This document shows, one piece after another, positions 9,057 to 17,817 of a stretch of 64,000 nt of DNA. The notes under the pieces were generated by a model. It worked only from the letters and a program-made list of their open reading frames with translations, searched no databases and was not told where the DNA came from. The DNA lies in sequence record PQ287644.1; one strand, written 5' to 3'. Made by a program: the position numbers and the translations under genes. How positions within the stretch are numbered: position 1 is the first letter of the stretch; each line of letters begins with the position of its first letter.

Positions 9057-9602
9057 ATGACTACGATTGTGTTCAGTAACCGCGTCCTTCCTCCTGTCTT
9101 CCGTTCGGTCCACGGGGTCTATGAATCCACGGCGATTAAAACCAAGGACGGACGACTCAAGTTGATAACGGGTTTCAGTTTCGGGAAAATGGGTGAAATC
9201 ATTCGCGTAGGGTACATCGATCCCCAGAAACTAACTGATCCCCGGGAACTGAAAGCTTACCACGGCCAGGTCTTGGAAGTCATTGAACTGTTCGAGAACT
9301 TACAGTTCTGGGTCAAACAACAGATTCGAGAGTACGAAAGGGGTGGGTACAAGAGTGTACCTGAATACTGCTCCTTCGTTCTCCAACAAGAATACCCCAT
9401 CCTGATCCACGGTAAGATTAAGGGTGCAGCGTTGAAAGTCGAGTTATTTGGTAGAGACATCAATGAAATGGTTTTCTCGACCACGCTGAATAACCCTGAT
9501 CTCGAACGTATCTTCCTCGATAAGCTGGCGGTCATCATTGACGGTTTCCGGAATCACCTTTCTGACGTGGATAATAACGTCACTCTGGATCAATTGTTTT
9601 AA
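9057..9602 (+). CDS. Hypothetical protein
   Basis: In frame of ORF 8988..9602; ATG 9057 has GGAG RBS. Confidence 0.75.
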   Translation: MTTIVFSNRVLPPVFRSVHGVYESTAIKTKDGRLKLITGFSFGKMGEIIRVGYIDPQKLTDPRELKAYHGQVLEVIELFENLQFWVKQQIREYERGGYKSVPEYCSFVLQQEYPILIHGKIKGAALKVELFGRDINEMVFSTTLNNPDLERIFLDKLAVIIDGFRNHLSDVDNNVTLDQLF

Positions 9603-9612
9603 GGAGAACGGT

Positions 9613-10083
9613 ATGAAATGGATTGTTTTGATCACCACGCTCCTGGTTTCTCTGGTTGTAAAGGCCAACGAAGACAGCTTTGTCTGTCACCAATACGGGT
9701 TTACCCAAGACCCTGAGCGTTTCCATTCCCTGTCCATGAGTCCCCAGGTTAATACGTTCGACCTCACCGCCGACCGAGTAATCTACCAAGGGCGTTTGTT
9801 TATCGGGGTGGAACCCCGAGACTACGACTTTGATGACACGGTCGTAACCTACCTGAATGCGGAACGCAATGAGATTTTGTACTTCTACTTAGTGGGCGAG
9901 CAACCTGAAATAGGGATCAGTCGCTTGGTAGAAGACTCGGATACGTTTTTCAGCGATAAAGCGCTGTTTACGCACTGTTCATTCATCCCTAAAGGAGGAA
10001 GCGACGTTGACGATGCTTCCCAACATTCATCTCGTGTTAAAACCGGAGGAATTAGCGGACTTATCCCCGTACGACATTTTTAA
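9613..10083 (+). CDS. Putative exported protein (signal peptide, two Cys); C-terminal 30 aa may be an indel artefact
   Basis: MKWIVLITTLLVSLVVKA; AAGGAG RBS; overlaps next gene by 77 nt. Confidence 0.75.
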   Translation: MKWIVLITTLLVSLVVKANEDSFVCHQYGFTQDPERFHSLSMSPQVNTFDLTADRVIYQGRLFIGVEPRDYDFDDTVVTYLNAERNEILYFYLVGEQPEIGISRLVEDSDTFFSDKALFTHCSFIPKGGSDVDDASQHSSRVKTGGISGLIPVRHF

Positions 10084-10234
10084 AGTAAAGGTGGTCAAAG
10101 ACACGGGGATTGTTATCGCCCACGGCACCCTTTGCTTTTTCATTAAAGGTGTCCCTCCGGGTATTAAGCCAGGGGACACTTTGTTCTTGTACAAGGACAT
10201 GCTAATTCCGAAAGAACAACCTCTTTACATTTAA
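10007..10234 (+). CDS. Hypothetical protein
   Basis: AGGAGG RBS 8 nt before TTG. Confidence 0.7.
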   Translation: MTMLPNIHLVLKPEELADLSPYDIFKVKVVKDTGIVIAHGTLCFFIKGVPPGIKPGDTLFLYKDMLIPKEQPLYI

Positions 10235-10242
10235 GGTGACGT

Positions 10243-10575
10243 ATGACAGTCGAATTTATTCCCACACCTTTGATGACGCAACACATTACCTCAGGATATA
10301 GTGAAATCAACCAACAGGGACGTACGGCTCTAGAGATCCAAGAGAAATCGAGTGGTGTACTGGAGCTGATACGTTTCAGTATGCAGCGGGTGAGCGATGC
10401 CTTGCGGACCTACGGGTACAGGTCCAAAGACTACCGAGAGGTCTTGGTCCGAGAAGAACAGTACCAGGCAGGCCTGGAGCTGCTCTATAAAGACCTTCTC
10501 CAGGCATTCGAAGCAACAGTCGAAAACACCACCTCCACGCTCAAGAGTTTCAAGGACGAAAATGGGCTATGGTAA
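10243..10575 (+). CDS. Hypothetical protein (helical)
   Basis: 110 aa, AAGGTG RBS, operon packing. Confidence 0.75.
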   Translation: MTVEFIPTPLMTQHITSGYSEINQQGRTALEIQEKSSGVLELIRFSMQRVSDALRTYGYRSKDYREVLVREEQYQAGLELLYKDLLQAFEATVENTTSTLKSFKDENGLW

Positions 10576-10847
10576 AGGTTGAGGTTAAACACGGACTCTC
10601 AGACTCCCAGCGAGCGGTATTGAAAACCCAATTGCTGGATGTGGGAGTCCGTGTGGTAACCCTGACAAGGGGAGGTGACGAAACCCTAATAGGGTACGTG
10701 CATACCTTCAGTGGTAATAACCCTATTGGGGTTCAGCTTCGTTTACAGGATCCGTCCCTTTCCCTGACGCCACAACAGTTAGCCAGTTTTAAGTTTGCGA
10801 TACGGAAGGGGCGGTTTGTTCTAGAGACACGCGGTAAGAAGAGGTGA
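10569..10847 (+). CDS. Hypothetical protein, possible paralogue of 11923..12183
   Basis: Overlapping start/stop; pattern similarity by eye. Confidence 0.7.
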   Translation: MVKVEVKHGLSDSQRAVLKTQLLDVGVRVVTLTRGGDETLIGYVHTFSGNNPIGVQLRLQDPSLSLTPQQLASFKFAIRKGRFVLETRGKKR

Positions 10848-10850
10848 ATA

Positions 10851-11303
10851 GTGAATGTGTTCACACAGTGGATTAAACGGGTCTTCAAACGTCAACATGA
10901 GCCTCTCTTGAGTCAAGAGGAGACCAACGCCCTCATCAAGGATGTAACCACGGACTACCTCAAAACCGTGGTACCGGTCGTGTTGAAGACCGTCCCCCAC
11001 ACCACGTTGGATGGTAAACCGAACCCTCGCTGGATTATGGGTGTCGCTCCAGGGTTCCCGGATTATGATGTCGAAGCACTGATCGGGGTTATTAACGGAC
11101 TGCGTAAGGAAGAAGACGACGTCATCGATGACTATGTCTTCCACCGGAATGAGTCGGCTAATTACCGGAATCTGGATGAAGAACTTCAACCGTTTATTAA
11201 GCCCGCTGTACGGTTCAATGAGAATAACAAAATCGAAATCAAGTTACTGGGCGGTTGGAAACCTTTAACCCCGCTGTGTCGGGCTCTGTACGGAGAAAAA
11301 TGA
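10851..11303 (+). CDS. Hypothetical protein
   Basis: 150 aa, GAGGTG RBS, GTG start. Confidence 0.75.
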   Translation: MNVFTQWIKRVFKRQHEPLLSQEETNALIKDVTTDYLKTVVPVVLKTVPHTTLDGKPNPRWIMGVAPGFPDYDVEALIGVINGLRKEEDDVIDDYVFHRNESANYRNLDEELQPFIKPAVRFNENNKIEIKLLGGWKPLTPLCRALYGEK

Positions 11304-11851
11304 ATGAAGACAAACACTTCACCGCCTGAGTACATCATCAGTGAGAACGGTGACTGGTTCCATTTCAGTGGGTATTGGGGGTGTTCTCCCGGTGCTTGTG
11401 TCGGATGGGTGGGAAGTTCCATGAGGCTATCGATGTCTCGTTAACCCCGATTAATGTCTGGGAGTGGGAAAACCTGAAACAGGTTCGTATTCGTAAACAC
11501 CGCACCGCTGAGACCAATCCCTTTGCCTTTGCCCATTCGTTCCCCAAAGTGCATTATGACCACCTGGTAGAAAAAGTGGGGGAGACGGTTGCGCACCTGC
11601 TGGTTCACGAGGATCTCTTGGCTGAAATAGACATGTCACTGTTTCGCCACATGGATCGTGTGTGGGGATGGGGTGGTGGTGTGCCCTTTATCCTGGTGTG
11701 TAAAGAGCGAGACCGTTACCCTGAGCTCCTGGAACATTGGTTCACTGTATTGGATAACGAATCCGCGTACTTGAAAAGCATGGATGAGGACATGATGCAA
11801 CGTTATCTCATCCATACTGAATCCTGTCGGGCTAAAGCCCACTCTCACTAA
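11304..11851 (+). CDS. Hypothetical protein, apparently frameshifted at G-run 11377-11381
   Basis: ATG 11304 abuts previous stop; one extra G joins MKTNTSPPEY...YWG to VFSRCLCRMGG..., giving 182 aa. Confidence 0.65.
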
Positions 11852-11922
11852 TTCCGAACACCCGCTCCTATTCTTTACCTCGGAATGACAACTCAATCGT
11901 TAATGATCTATAAGGAACCTGA

Positions 11923-12183
11923 ATGACTACCATCAAAGTCCAACAAAAACTGGGTCTGGCTGCTTTTGCTATCCTGTCGGACCAACTGAAAGCAGAAGGT
12001 ATTCACGTGATTAACCCGGTAGAGGGCGAGGTGATTACCGCTGACGATGTGGTTGGTAAAGTCCTGGCTGCCTTCAACCTGGGCAACAAGATTGAAGTGA
12101 ACGCGGACGTCCCCGCTAGCAATAAAGGGGTGAGTTACCGGTTCGAACGGATTGGGGGAGCGTACTACCTGGTCCGGAAGTAG
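11923..12183 (+). CDS. Hypothetical protein
   Basis: 86 aa, AAGGAA RBS, followed by terminator. Confidence 0.8.
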   Translation: MTTIKVQQKLGLAAFAILSDQLKAEGIHVINPVEGEVITADDVVGKVLAAFNLGNKIEVNADVPASNKGVSYRFERIGGAYYLVRK

Positions 12184-12193
12184 CTAACGGCCC

Positions 12194-12236
12194 GCCCTCC
12201 TGCCTTATTGGCAGGAGGGTGTATGTCCTTTATTTG
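12194..12236 (+). terminator. Intrinsic terminator
   Basis: gccctcctgcc-ttatt-ggcaggagggt then T-rich. Confidence 0.65.
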
Positions 12237-12249
12237 TTACGAGGTGGTT

Positions 12250-12936
12250 ATGTCAAGACAATCGTTGTTGGAATATGGGAGAGGGTGGTTATGCGACCAG
12301 GGTGGTGACGGTAAAGAGGCGTGGACCGCGGGTGACGCAGCGTTCTACTCCGTGAGTGTCAGTCCTTTACCTCACTTTGAGGAAGAGGAGTCCTCCTCCC
12401 ACCCCACTACCTTGTGGGTGGGTCGATTCAATATCCACATGGAGAACATCACTGTTCGGTTACATTCACATGATAATGATCCTGAATTGGTGTTGTTCTT
12501 CAATAAGCTCAATCTACTGGAGCATGGCGTGCGGGAGTATTGCAAGGCGTTCAGGAAGGTCCTCAATAACCCGAAGAAACCCCTAAAGGAACCCGTCTAT
12601 AAGCGGCAGTGGCTCAACCCTGAGAACATTGAAGCGCCCTTTACGGGGTATTATTTCTATTGCATCGATCAGGATAAGGCGGGTCGGTTCTGCGTTGGGG
12701 ATTGCCACCGGACCATTGTGATGTGGATGGACATTCACCACAATGACGGGAGGGTCTTTAACAAAGCGCTGTTAGAAGTTCAACTCAACGCCCTGCAATG
12801 TCTGGCGGTCTATTTGAAGGAGGCTCAGGTTAAGATCAAGAGTCTTCGTAAGCAATACAAGGTCTTAGGTTGGGATAAACCCCAGGAGCTCCAGAGTGAC
12901 TCACCCCCTGAGGACGTTCTTCCAGATCCCCAGTAG
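12250..12936 (+). CDS. Hypothetical protein
   Basis: ATG 12250 with GAGGTG RBS in ORF 12208..12936. Confidence 0.75.
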   Translation: MSRQSLLEYGRGWLCDQGGDGKEAWTAGDAAFYSVSVSPLPHFEEEESSSHPTTLWVGRFNIHMENITVRLHSHDNDPELVLFFNKLNLLEHGVREYCKAFRKVLNNPKKPLKEPVYKRQWLNPENIEAPFTGYYFYCIDQDKAGRFCVGDCHRTIVMWMDIHHNDGRVFNKALLEVQLNALQCLAVYLKEAQVKIKSLRKQYKVLGWDKPQELQSDSPPEDVLPDPQ

Positions 12937-12944
12937 AAATTAAT

Positions 12945-12967
12945 AAACCTATATTACTCAGGTGTAA
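12945..12967 (+). promoter_or_regulatory. Putative phage early promoter upstream of chaperonin
   Basis: aaaccTATATTACtcaggtgtaa contains the phiKZ early consensus TATATTAC exactly. Confidence 0.75.
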
Positions 12968-13000
12968 TGCAATTAGGTATGGTTTAACAGGAGTACGAAG

Positions 13001-14677
13001 ATGTCTCAAACGCTGCTGGTACATGGTGAAGACGCCCAATGGATCATTAAACAGGTCTTGAGTGAGGTGTATGACGCCGTCACTTCGACCATGGGTCCGA
13101 ATGGTCAGTTGGTGATGATCAAGAATGGGGTCTCCACCAAGACCACCAAGGATGGGGTGACGGTAGCCCGTTCCATTCGCTTTGCAGATGAAGCCCATGA
13201 ATTGGTGAACCGGGTAATTACCGAGCCGGCTACGAAGACCGATGAGGAATGCGGGGATGGTACCACCACCACCATCATGCTGACCCACGCGCTCTATCAC
13301 CTGTTCAAGGACTTCCCAGGTTTCCAACACCACCGGAACATTGAAGACCTGGTAGAGCGGGTTATTCAACGCTTGGAATCCATGGCGATTCGGGTGGAAG
13401 TGGATGACCCTCGGTTGTATCAAGTGGCCCTGACCTCGTCTAACCAGGATGAAAAGCTCGCCCGACTGGTCAGTGAGCTCTATGCGAATAACAAAGGGAG
13501 TTATCCGGATATTGAACTCAAGGAAGGGGTCAACTTCGAAGACCAGATCGAACAAACCACAGGGCGCACCATCCGCATGTTCTACGCGAATCCCTGGTTT
13601 GCGAAAGGCCATCAAGGGGGTGTGACAGAATTGACGGGGTTTACGGCGTTCGTTATCGATCGTCGGATTGACAAGGAAGACACCCAGAAGTTGATTGATG
13701 GGGTGAATCACCTTGTAAAAACCCACGAACAACACCTGGTCCTTCCTATTCTGCTGATTGCACGAAGTTTCGAAGAAGCCGCTAACTCGGCCCTGATGCA
13801 ATTGAACGCGGCGCACCCAACCCTGGTAGAAGACGGGCGACCTTGGTTGATCCCGTTGAGTACGCCGGTGGGTGGTGCGATTGGGACCTCTGAACTGCAA
13901 GACATTGCAGTCATGCTGAACGCCCCTATGCTCAGTGACGTAGGGGACCTGACCAAGCTGGATACCCATTCGATCAATGGTCAACACGGCCAACTGGAAC
14001 TGGGGGGTAATCGGTCCATCCTGAAGAGTACCACCCCTAAGGATGAAGACCGGATCGAACAACATGCTCGGGGTATTGAGGAACTGTTGGAGGGGTTTAG
14101 CCTCAGTGATAAGTTCTCCGTACGTGCCCGGTATAACGAACGGCGTATTCGGACCCTACGGGGTAAGTTGATCACCATTTCCGTAGGTGGTGAAACCTAT
14201 TCTGAAGTCAAGGAACGGGTAGATCGGTACGAGGATGTGGTGAAAGCCATTCGTTCCGCCTTGGAGAACGGTATCCTTCCTGGCGGTGGCGTATCCCTGG
14301 TTAAGGCGGTCTTCGGTACGATCAAGGAAGGCCTCGAAGATAAAGACCAGAGCGCTGAGTTTGCTAAGCGGTATATCAACTCAGGCATCGGCAATGAGTT
14401 GATGCGACTGTCCACTATTCAGCATAAGCTGTTGTTCAAGGACACGGCGCTGTATAAGGAAAATGGGAGTTTCCATTTTAATGATGATTGGCTCAATACA
14501 CCGACCGTCATGAATCTGGCAACTGGTGAGATTGGTACCCCGGAGGGATTGGGTATTTATGACACCGCGTATGCTTCTATCACTGCGCTGAAAGGCGGAC
14601 TCCAAACCGCTAAGATATTGGCCACTACGAAGACACTGATCCTAGGGGAGAAGTTGTCAGCGGTTAAGGTGCGGTAA
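13001..14677 (+). CDS. groEL: Phage GroEL-like chaperonin (EL gp146-like)
   Basis: TMGPNGQLVMI, TKDGVTVARSI, GDGTTTT ATP motif, VGGETYSEVKERVDRYEDVVKAIRSA, GILPGGG; 558 aa. Confidence 0.95.
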   Translation: MSQTLLVHGEDAQWIIKQVLSEVYDAVTSTMGPNGQLVMIKNGVSTKTTKDGVTVARSIRFADEAHELVNRVITEPATKTDEECGDGTTTTIMLTHALYHLFKDFPGFQHHRNIEDLVERVIQRLESMAIRVEVDDPRLYQVALTSSNQDEKLARLVSELYANNKGSYPDIELKEGVNFEDQIEQTTGRTIRMFYANPWFAKGHQGGVTELTGFTAFVIDRRIDKEDTQKLIDGVNHLVKTHEQHLVLPILLIARSFEEAANSALMQLNAAHPTLVEDGRPWLIPLSTPVGGAIGTSELQDIAVMLNAPMLSDVGDLTKLDTHSINGQHGQLELGGNRSILKSTTPKDEDRIEQHARGIEELLEGFSLSDKFSVRARYNERRIRTLRGKLITISVGGETYSEVKERVDRYEDVVKAIRSALENGILPGGGVSLVKAVFGTIKEGLEDKDQSAEFAKRYINSGIGNELMRLSTIQHKLLFKDTALYKENGSFHFNDDWLNTPTVMNLATGEIGTPEGLGIYDTAYASITALKGGLQTAKILATTKTLILGEKLSAVKVR

Positions 14678-14685
14678 GGGGTTTG

Positions 14686-14730
14686 TAAAGGAGTAGTGGG
14701 GAAGACCCCTACTCCTTTATTTTTTTTTTT
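14686..14730 (+). terminator. Intrinsic terminator
   Basis: taaaggagtag...ctactccttta stem then long T run. Confidence 0.8.
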
Positions 14731-14839
14731 AGGAAATCGATGGATGACGAAGCATTTGAAGGAGGTAACATCCTATGCAGTGAGTCTTGTAACTTCTTTT
14801 GACTTACTCCCATTGGACCACCTTTAAGAGGATAAAGCA

Positions 14840-15475
14840 ATGGCTTCAAACCTTCCAATCCAAACGATCTTCCTCGACAAGTTCGTCGAGTTCAACAAAG
14901 ACCGCTACAAAGACCAGGCAGAAATGCTCGCCCTCTTTGAGGGTCTGACCCTCGCGGACATCACGATCTCCGACATCACCGCTGACGGCACCAACCCCGA
15001 GCTGCAAAGCGCCACGGTCACCTCTGTGAGCCGCAACTTCAGGGGTGTCGAACAAAAATGGCTCCCGGCGAACATCAACACTCCGTTCGCCTTCGTGGTG
15101 GTGAACAAAGGCGCTCCCCTGACCAGCGAAGCCCAACTGGCCGATCAGACCACCCCGGGCGCCTACGTTTACCTGGTCGGTGAAGGCGAAGAAGCGGTTC
15201 AACGCGTGGGCCTGGTACTGGCTTCCACCACCACCACTGAAACCCAGGCCGCCGACGCCCTGGCGCTGTTCAAGGCCAACTTCGAATACGTCCTGGACGA
15301 CGCCGATGTCGATACCGCCACCGCCAAGGTGCTCAAGGTAACCACCAACCCGTTCACCCGCGGCGAGCTCGTGTACGAAATTGGTAAGGCTCCGATCATC
15401 GAGATTCCGGAAACCGACTACGGTCGTCTGGAATTCAAAGAAATCACTCAGCCCGAACCCGAACCCCAACCGTAA
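14840..15475 (+). CDS. Putative virion protein, N-terminal paralogue of 27159..27752
   Basis: FLDKFVEFNKDRY vs FLERFIAFNKERY; strong codon bias; TATG upstream near 14774. Confidence 0.8.
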   Translation: MASNLPIQTIFLDKFVEFNKDRYKDQAEMLALFEGLTLADITISDITADGTNPELQSATVTSVSRNFRGVEQKWLPANINTPFAFVVVNKGAPLTSEAQLADQTTPGAYVYLVGEGEEAVQRVGLVLASTTTTETQAADALALFKANFEYVLDDADVDTATAKVLKVTTNPFTRGELVYEIGKAPIIEIPETDYGRLEFKEITQPEPEPQP

Positions 15476-15482
15476 GCTAGAT

Positions 15483-15515
15483 AACTACCAAGTGGGCCAG
15501 CCCACTTGGTAGTTT
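15483..15515 (+). terminator. Terminator-like hairpin
   Basis: aactaccaagtggg-ccag-cccacttggtagtt perfect stem. Confidence 0.7.
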
Positions 15516-15553
15516 ACCTCTCTTCGTACCTCATTTCAATTCCAGTGAATTTC

Positions 15554-15575
15554 AAATCTACATCATTAGGGTGAG
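15554..15575 (+). promoter_or_regulatory. Putative phage early promoter
   Basis: aaatctacatcattagggtgag, near-identical to the copy at 27859. Confidence 0.7.
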
Positions 15576-15651
15576 CCAGGGGCAATAAAAGTTCACGGAT
15601 GAATGAATTCTCTTGCAACTGGTGCTTTAAATGTCATTAGGAATATTCACC

Positions 15652-16212
15652 ATGAGTATGAGTACTGCTAAAAGGGGTAACTTTTCTACGTCCCCCGGCA
15701 AGGAAGACGACGATCTTCCTCTGCACGAGATCCGGGATGCCTTTAATCCCGCGTTTGTGAAAACGTTTGACAAACTGGGCCTCGACCCACAATTGATCAA
15801 AGAGTTTATTTACGCGCTTGATCTGCTCGACAACATCGTTAAGACCCCCAACTTCGTATCGGGCAGAATTCTGAATAACCGAGATATCGAAGCGTACGGC
15901 GAAGAAGCGGTCTTCGCGTTCAACCGGAATAACAACATCCCGTACTACTACGTACGGTTGGGTATTACCGTGTCGGAAACGGTGTACAAATTGCAGGACG
16001 AGTTTCTGGAACGTGATTATCCCAAAACGATCCTGAGTATTCTCCGTCCCATGCGTACGCCCGGTATTGACGTGACCGTAGACGGTCATCCTTACAACGT
16101 GGGGATTACCTTCAAAACGCCTCATCCTTTGTTCGGTTTGGTAAATTACCAAGATCTCCGGACTGGGATGAACACTTCAGTCCCCTTCCTACTCACTCGG
16201 GTGGGACTTTGA
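15652..16212 (+). CDS. Hypothetical protein
   Basis: ORF 15631..16212; ATG 15652 with AGGAA RBS. Confidence 0.8.
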   Translation: MSMSTAKRGNFSTSPGKEDDDLPLHEIRDAFNPAFVKTFDKLGLDPQLIKEFIYALDLLDNIVKTPNFVSGRILNNRDIEAYGEEAVFAFNRNNNIPYYYVRLGITVSETVYKLQDEFLERDYPKTILSILRPMRTPGIDVTVDGHPYNVGITFKTPHPLFGLVNYQDLRTGMNTSVPFLLTRVGL

Positions 16213-16265
16213 TCCTCTACCTGCTCCACTGGGCTTAACGCTCCGGTGGAGCGGGGTAGGGGTTA
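16213..16265 (+). terminator. Terminator-like hairpin
   Basis: cctctacctgctccac...gtggagcggggtagggg stem after stop. Confidence 0.55.
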
Positions 16266-16312
16266 TTACCGCTTTAAATTTTTCAATACACCAACCCAAA
16301 AAGGTAATAACC

Positions 16313-17197
16313 ATGCCGAAGAATGAAAACAATCCTGATAAACAAGGTCTTACGTCTATCTCTGATGAAGACTTGGATAAGGCACTCAACGAACTGGATA
16401 ACGCAGGGGAAGACGTAACTCCGGTGTCCAAAGAGACCGCTACGCAGCATCCGGGTACGCCGGATATCCTCAACCGTTATTCTCACCCCGCCCTTCAGCC
16501 GAAGAAGGGAACCCCTGAATACATCGAGTGGAAAGCCGCTCTCAAACAGGAAGAGGACCGTTTAGTGGAATCCTTGAAGACTTCGGTAACCCAGGAACAT
16601 GAAGAGAATGTCCTGAAAGGGAATACCCTGGGTACTAAACCGAAGACCAAGCAGGTAGAAGGCCTGTTGGAGATGGTGGTTCGTAAGAAGGCTGAACTCA
16701 CCCAAGAAGACACCGTAGACGCCGCAGAACGCGCATTGGCAGCGCTGAAGCGAGTACGGGAATATAACCGTAAGAAACGTATTCGACTGTGGTGTATTGT
16801 TGTCGGGCTCTTGGTGGTTGTGGGAAGTGGTCTCTATGGGGGGTGGATGTTCGTCCAGAAGCAAATGCTCACCGGTCATTACACCGTGGTCGCGGAGTGC
16901 AAAGTCCCTTACGGGGATTTTGAAATTACCGGTAAGCGGTACTACCGCTACGCGTATCAATCGATTCTGGGTTACCACCTCGTGGATGAGAGTACGGTCG
17001 AAGAAGTCACCGAAGTCAAACTCCCTGGGGATAAAATCATTATCCTGGGATTCGATGCGAGTAAAGGGAACTGGTGGCGGATGAACTATGACCGGGGAGA
17101 ATTCGGTACCGTTAAACTCAAACCTACAGATAAGTACTGGTTCGTCGGTGAGAAAGATCGTACCACCCTGGTACCTTATCACTCGTTCTGCCATTAA
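16313..17197 (+). CDS. Putative type II membrane protein
   Basis: Charged N-terminal half, RKKRIR then LWCIVVGLLVVVGSGLYGGWMFV helix, then soluble domain. Confidence 0.8.
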   Translation: MPKNENNPDKQGLTSISDEDLDKALNELDNAGEDVTPVSKETATQHPGTPDILNRYSHPALQPKKGTPEYIEWKAALKQEEDRLVESLKTSVTQEHEENVLKGNTLGTKPKTKQVEGLLEMVVRKKAELTQEDTVDAAERALAALKRVREYNRKKRIRLWCIVVGLLVVVGSGLYGGWMFVQKQMLTGHYTVVAECKVPYGDFEITGKRYYRYAYQSILGYHLVDESTVEEVTEVKLPGDKIIILGFDASKGNWWRMNYDRGEFGTVKLKPTDKYWFVGEKDRTTLVPYHSFCH

Positions 17198-17226
17198 ACG
17201 GTAACCTTACCGAGGGAATCAATCCC

Positions 17227-17805
17227 ATGCTGAATACCTCAGACCAACCTGTGGGTCTCTTGTCCAGTCGATTGTACATCGATCCCAACGATGGTTCTTT
17301 CTTTACCGGTCATTTGGAAAAGTCCCACAAGAAACGGTGCCACTTAGTACGCCACAAGCTCCAATACGCTATCCGGTATTATTCGTCCGTTAAACTGCCT
17401 GATGGGTGGTTGGTGGGGATTAGTGATCGGGAGGCGAGCCGGTATTACTTCTTCCCCACCCAGGGAAGGCGGAGGACTATTCAGGTTCCTTTACCCAGTA
17501 CCGCGTACCGGGAGATCTGGTTTAACCTGTTTAAAGGGCTCTGGATGACCGGTAGCCGGGAGGCTATCTACCTGCACAGTGTGGCGTACCCCCATCTCAT
17601 GGAGCTCTTGAACGAATCCTTAGTCCCCAGAGTGATTTCTGTTGAAGGTGAATGGAAAGGGGAAGGGTATATTGCGTCTCTGGAATGGAAGCCTGAAAAA
17701 CCCGGTCGGTTGATCGTAACAACGACCTTGGATAATGCTAAAGACCACAGTGTTCCGATCCAATGGCATCCCATCGATGCAGTGGTTCGTCTCATCCGAA
17801 AGTAA
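17227..17805 (+). CDS. Hypothetical protein
   Basis: 192-aa ORF, GAGGGA RBS. Confidence 0.75.
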   Translation: MLNTSDQPVGLLSSRLYIDPNDGSFFTGHLEKSHKKRCHLVRHKLQYAIRYYSSVKLPDGWLVGISDREASRYYFFPTQGRRRTIQVPLPSTAYREIWFNLFKGLWMTGSREAIYLHSVAYPHLMELLNESLVPRVISVEGEWKGEGYIASLEWKPEKPGRLIVTTTLDNAKDHSVPIQWHPIDAVVRLIRK

Positions 17806-17817
17806 GAGGATTACATC

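Noticed and set aside
12937-13000. GroES co-chaperonin next to groEL
   Set aside because: No ORF in either flank, and no GroES-like motif in nearby small ORFs
14731-14839. Structured leader before the 14840 gene as a riboswitch or ncRNA
   Set aside because: Only short imperfect stems; no recognisable family motif
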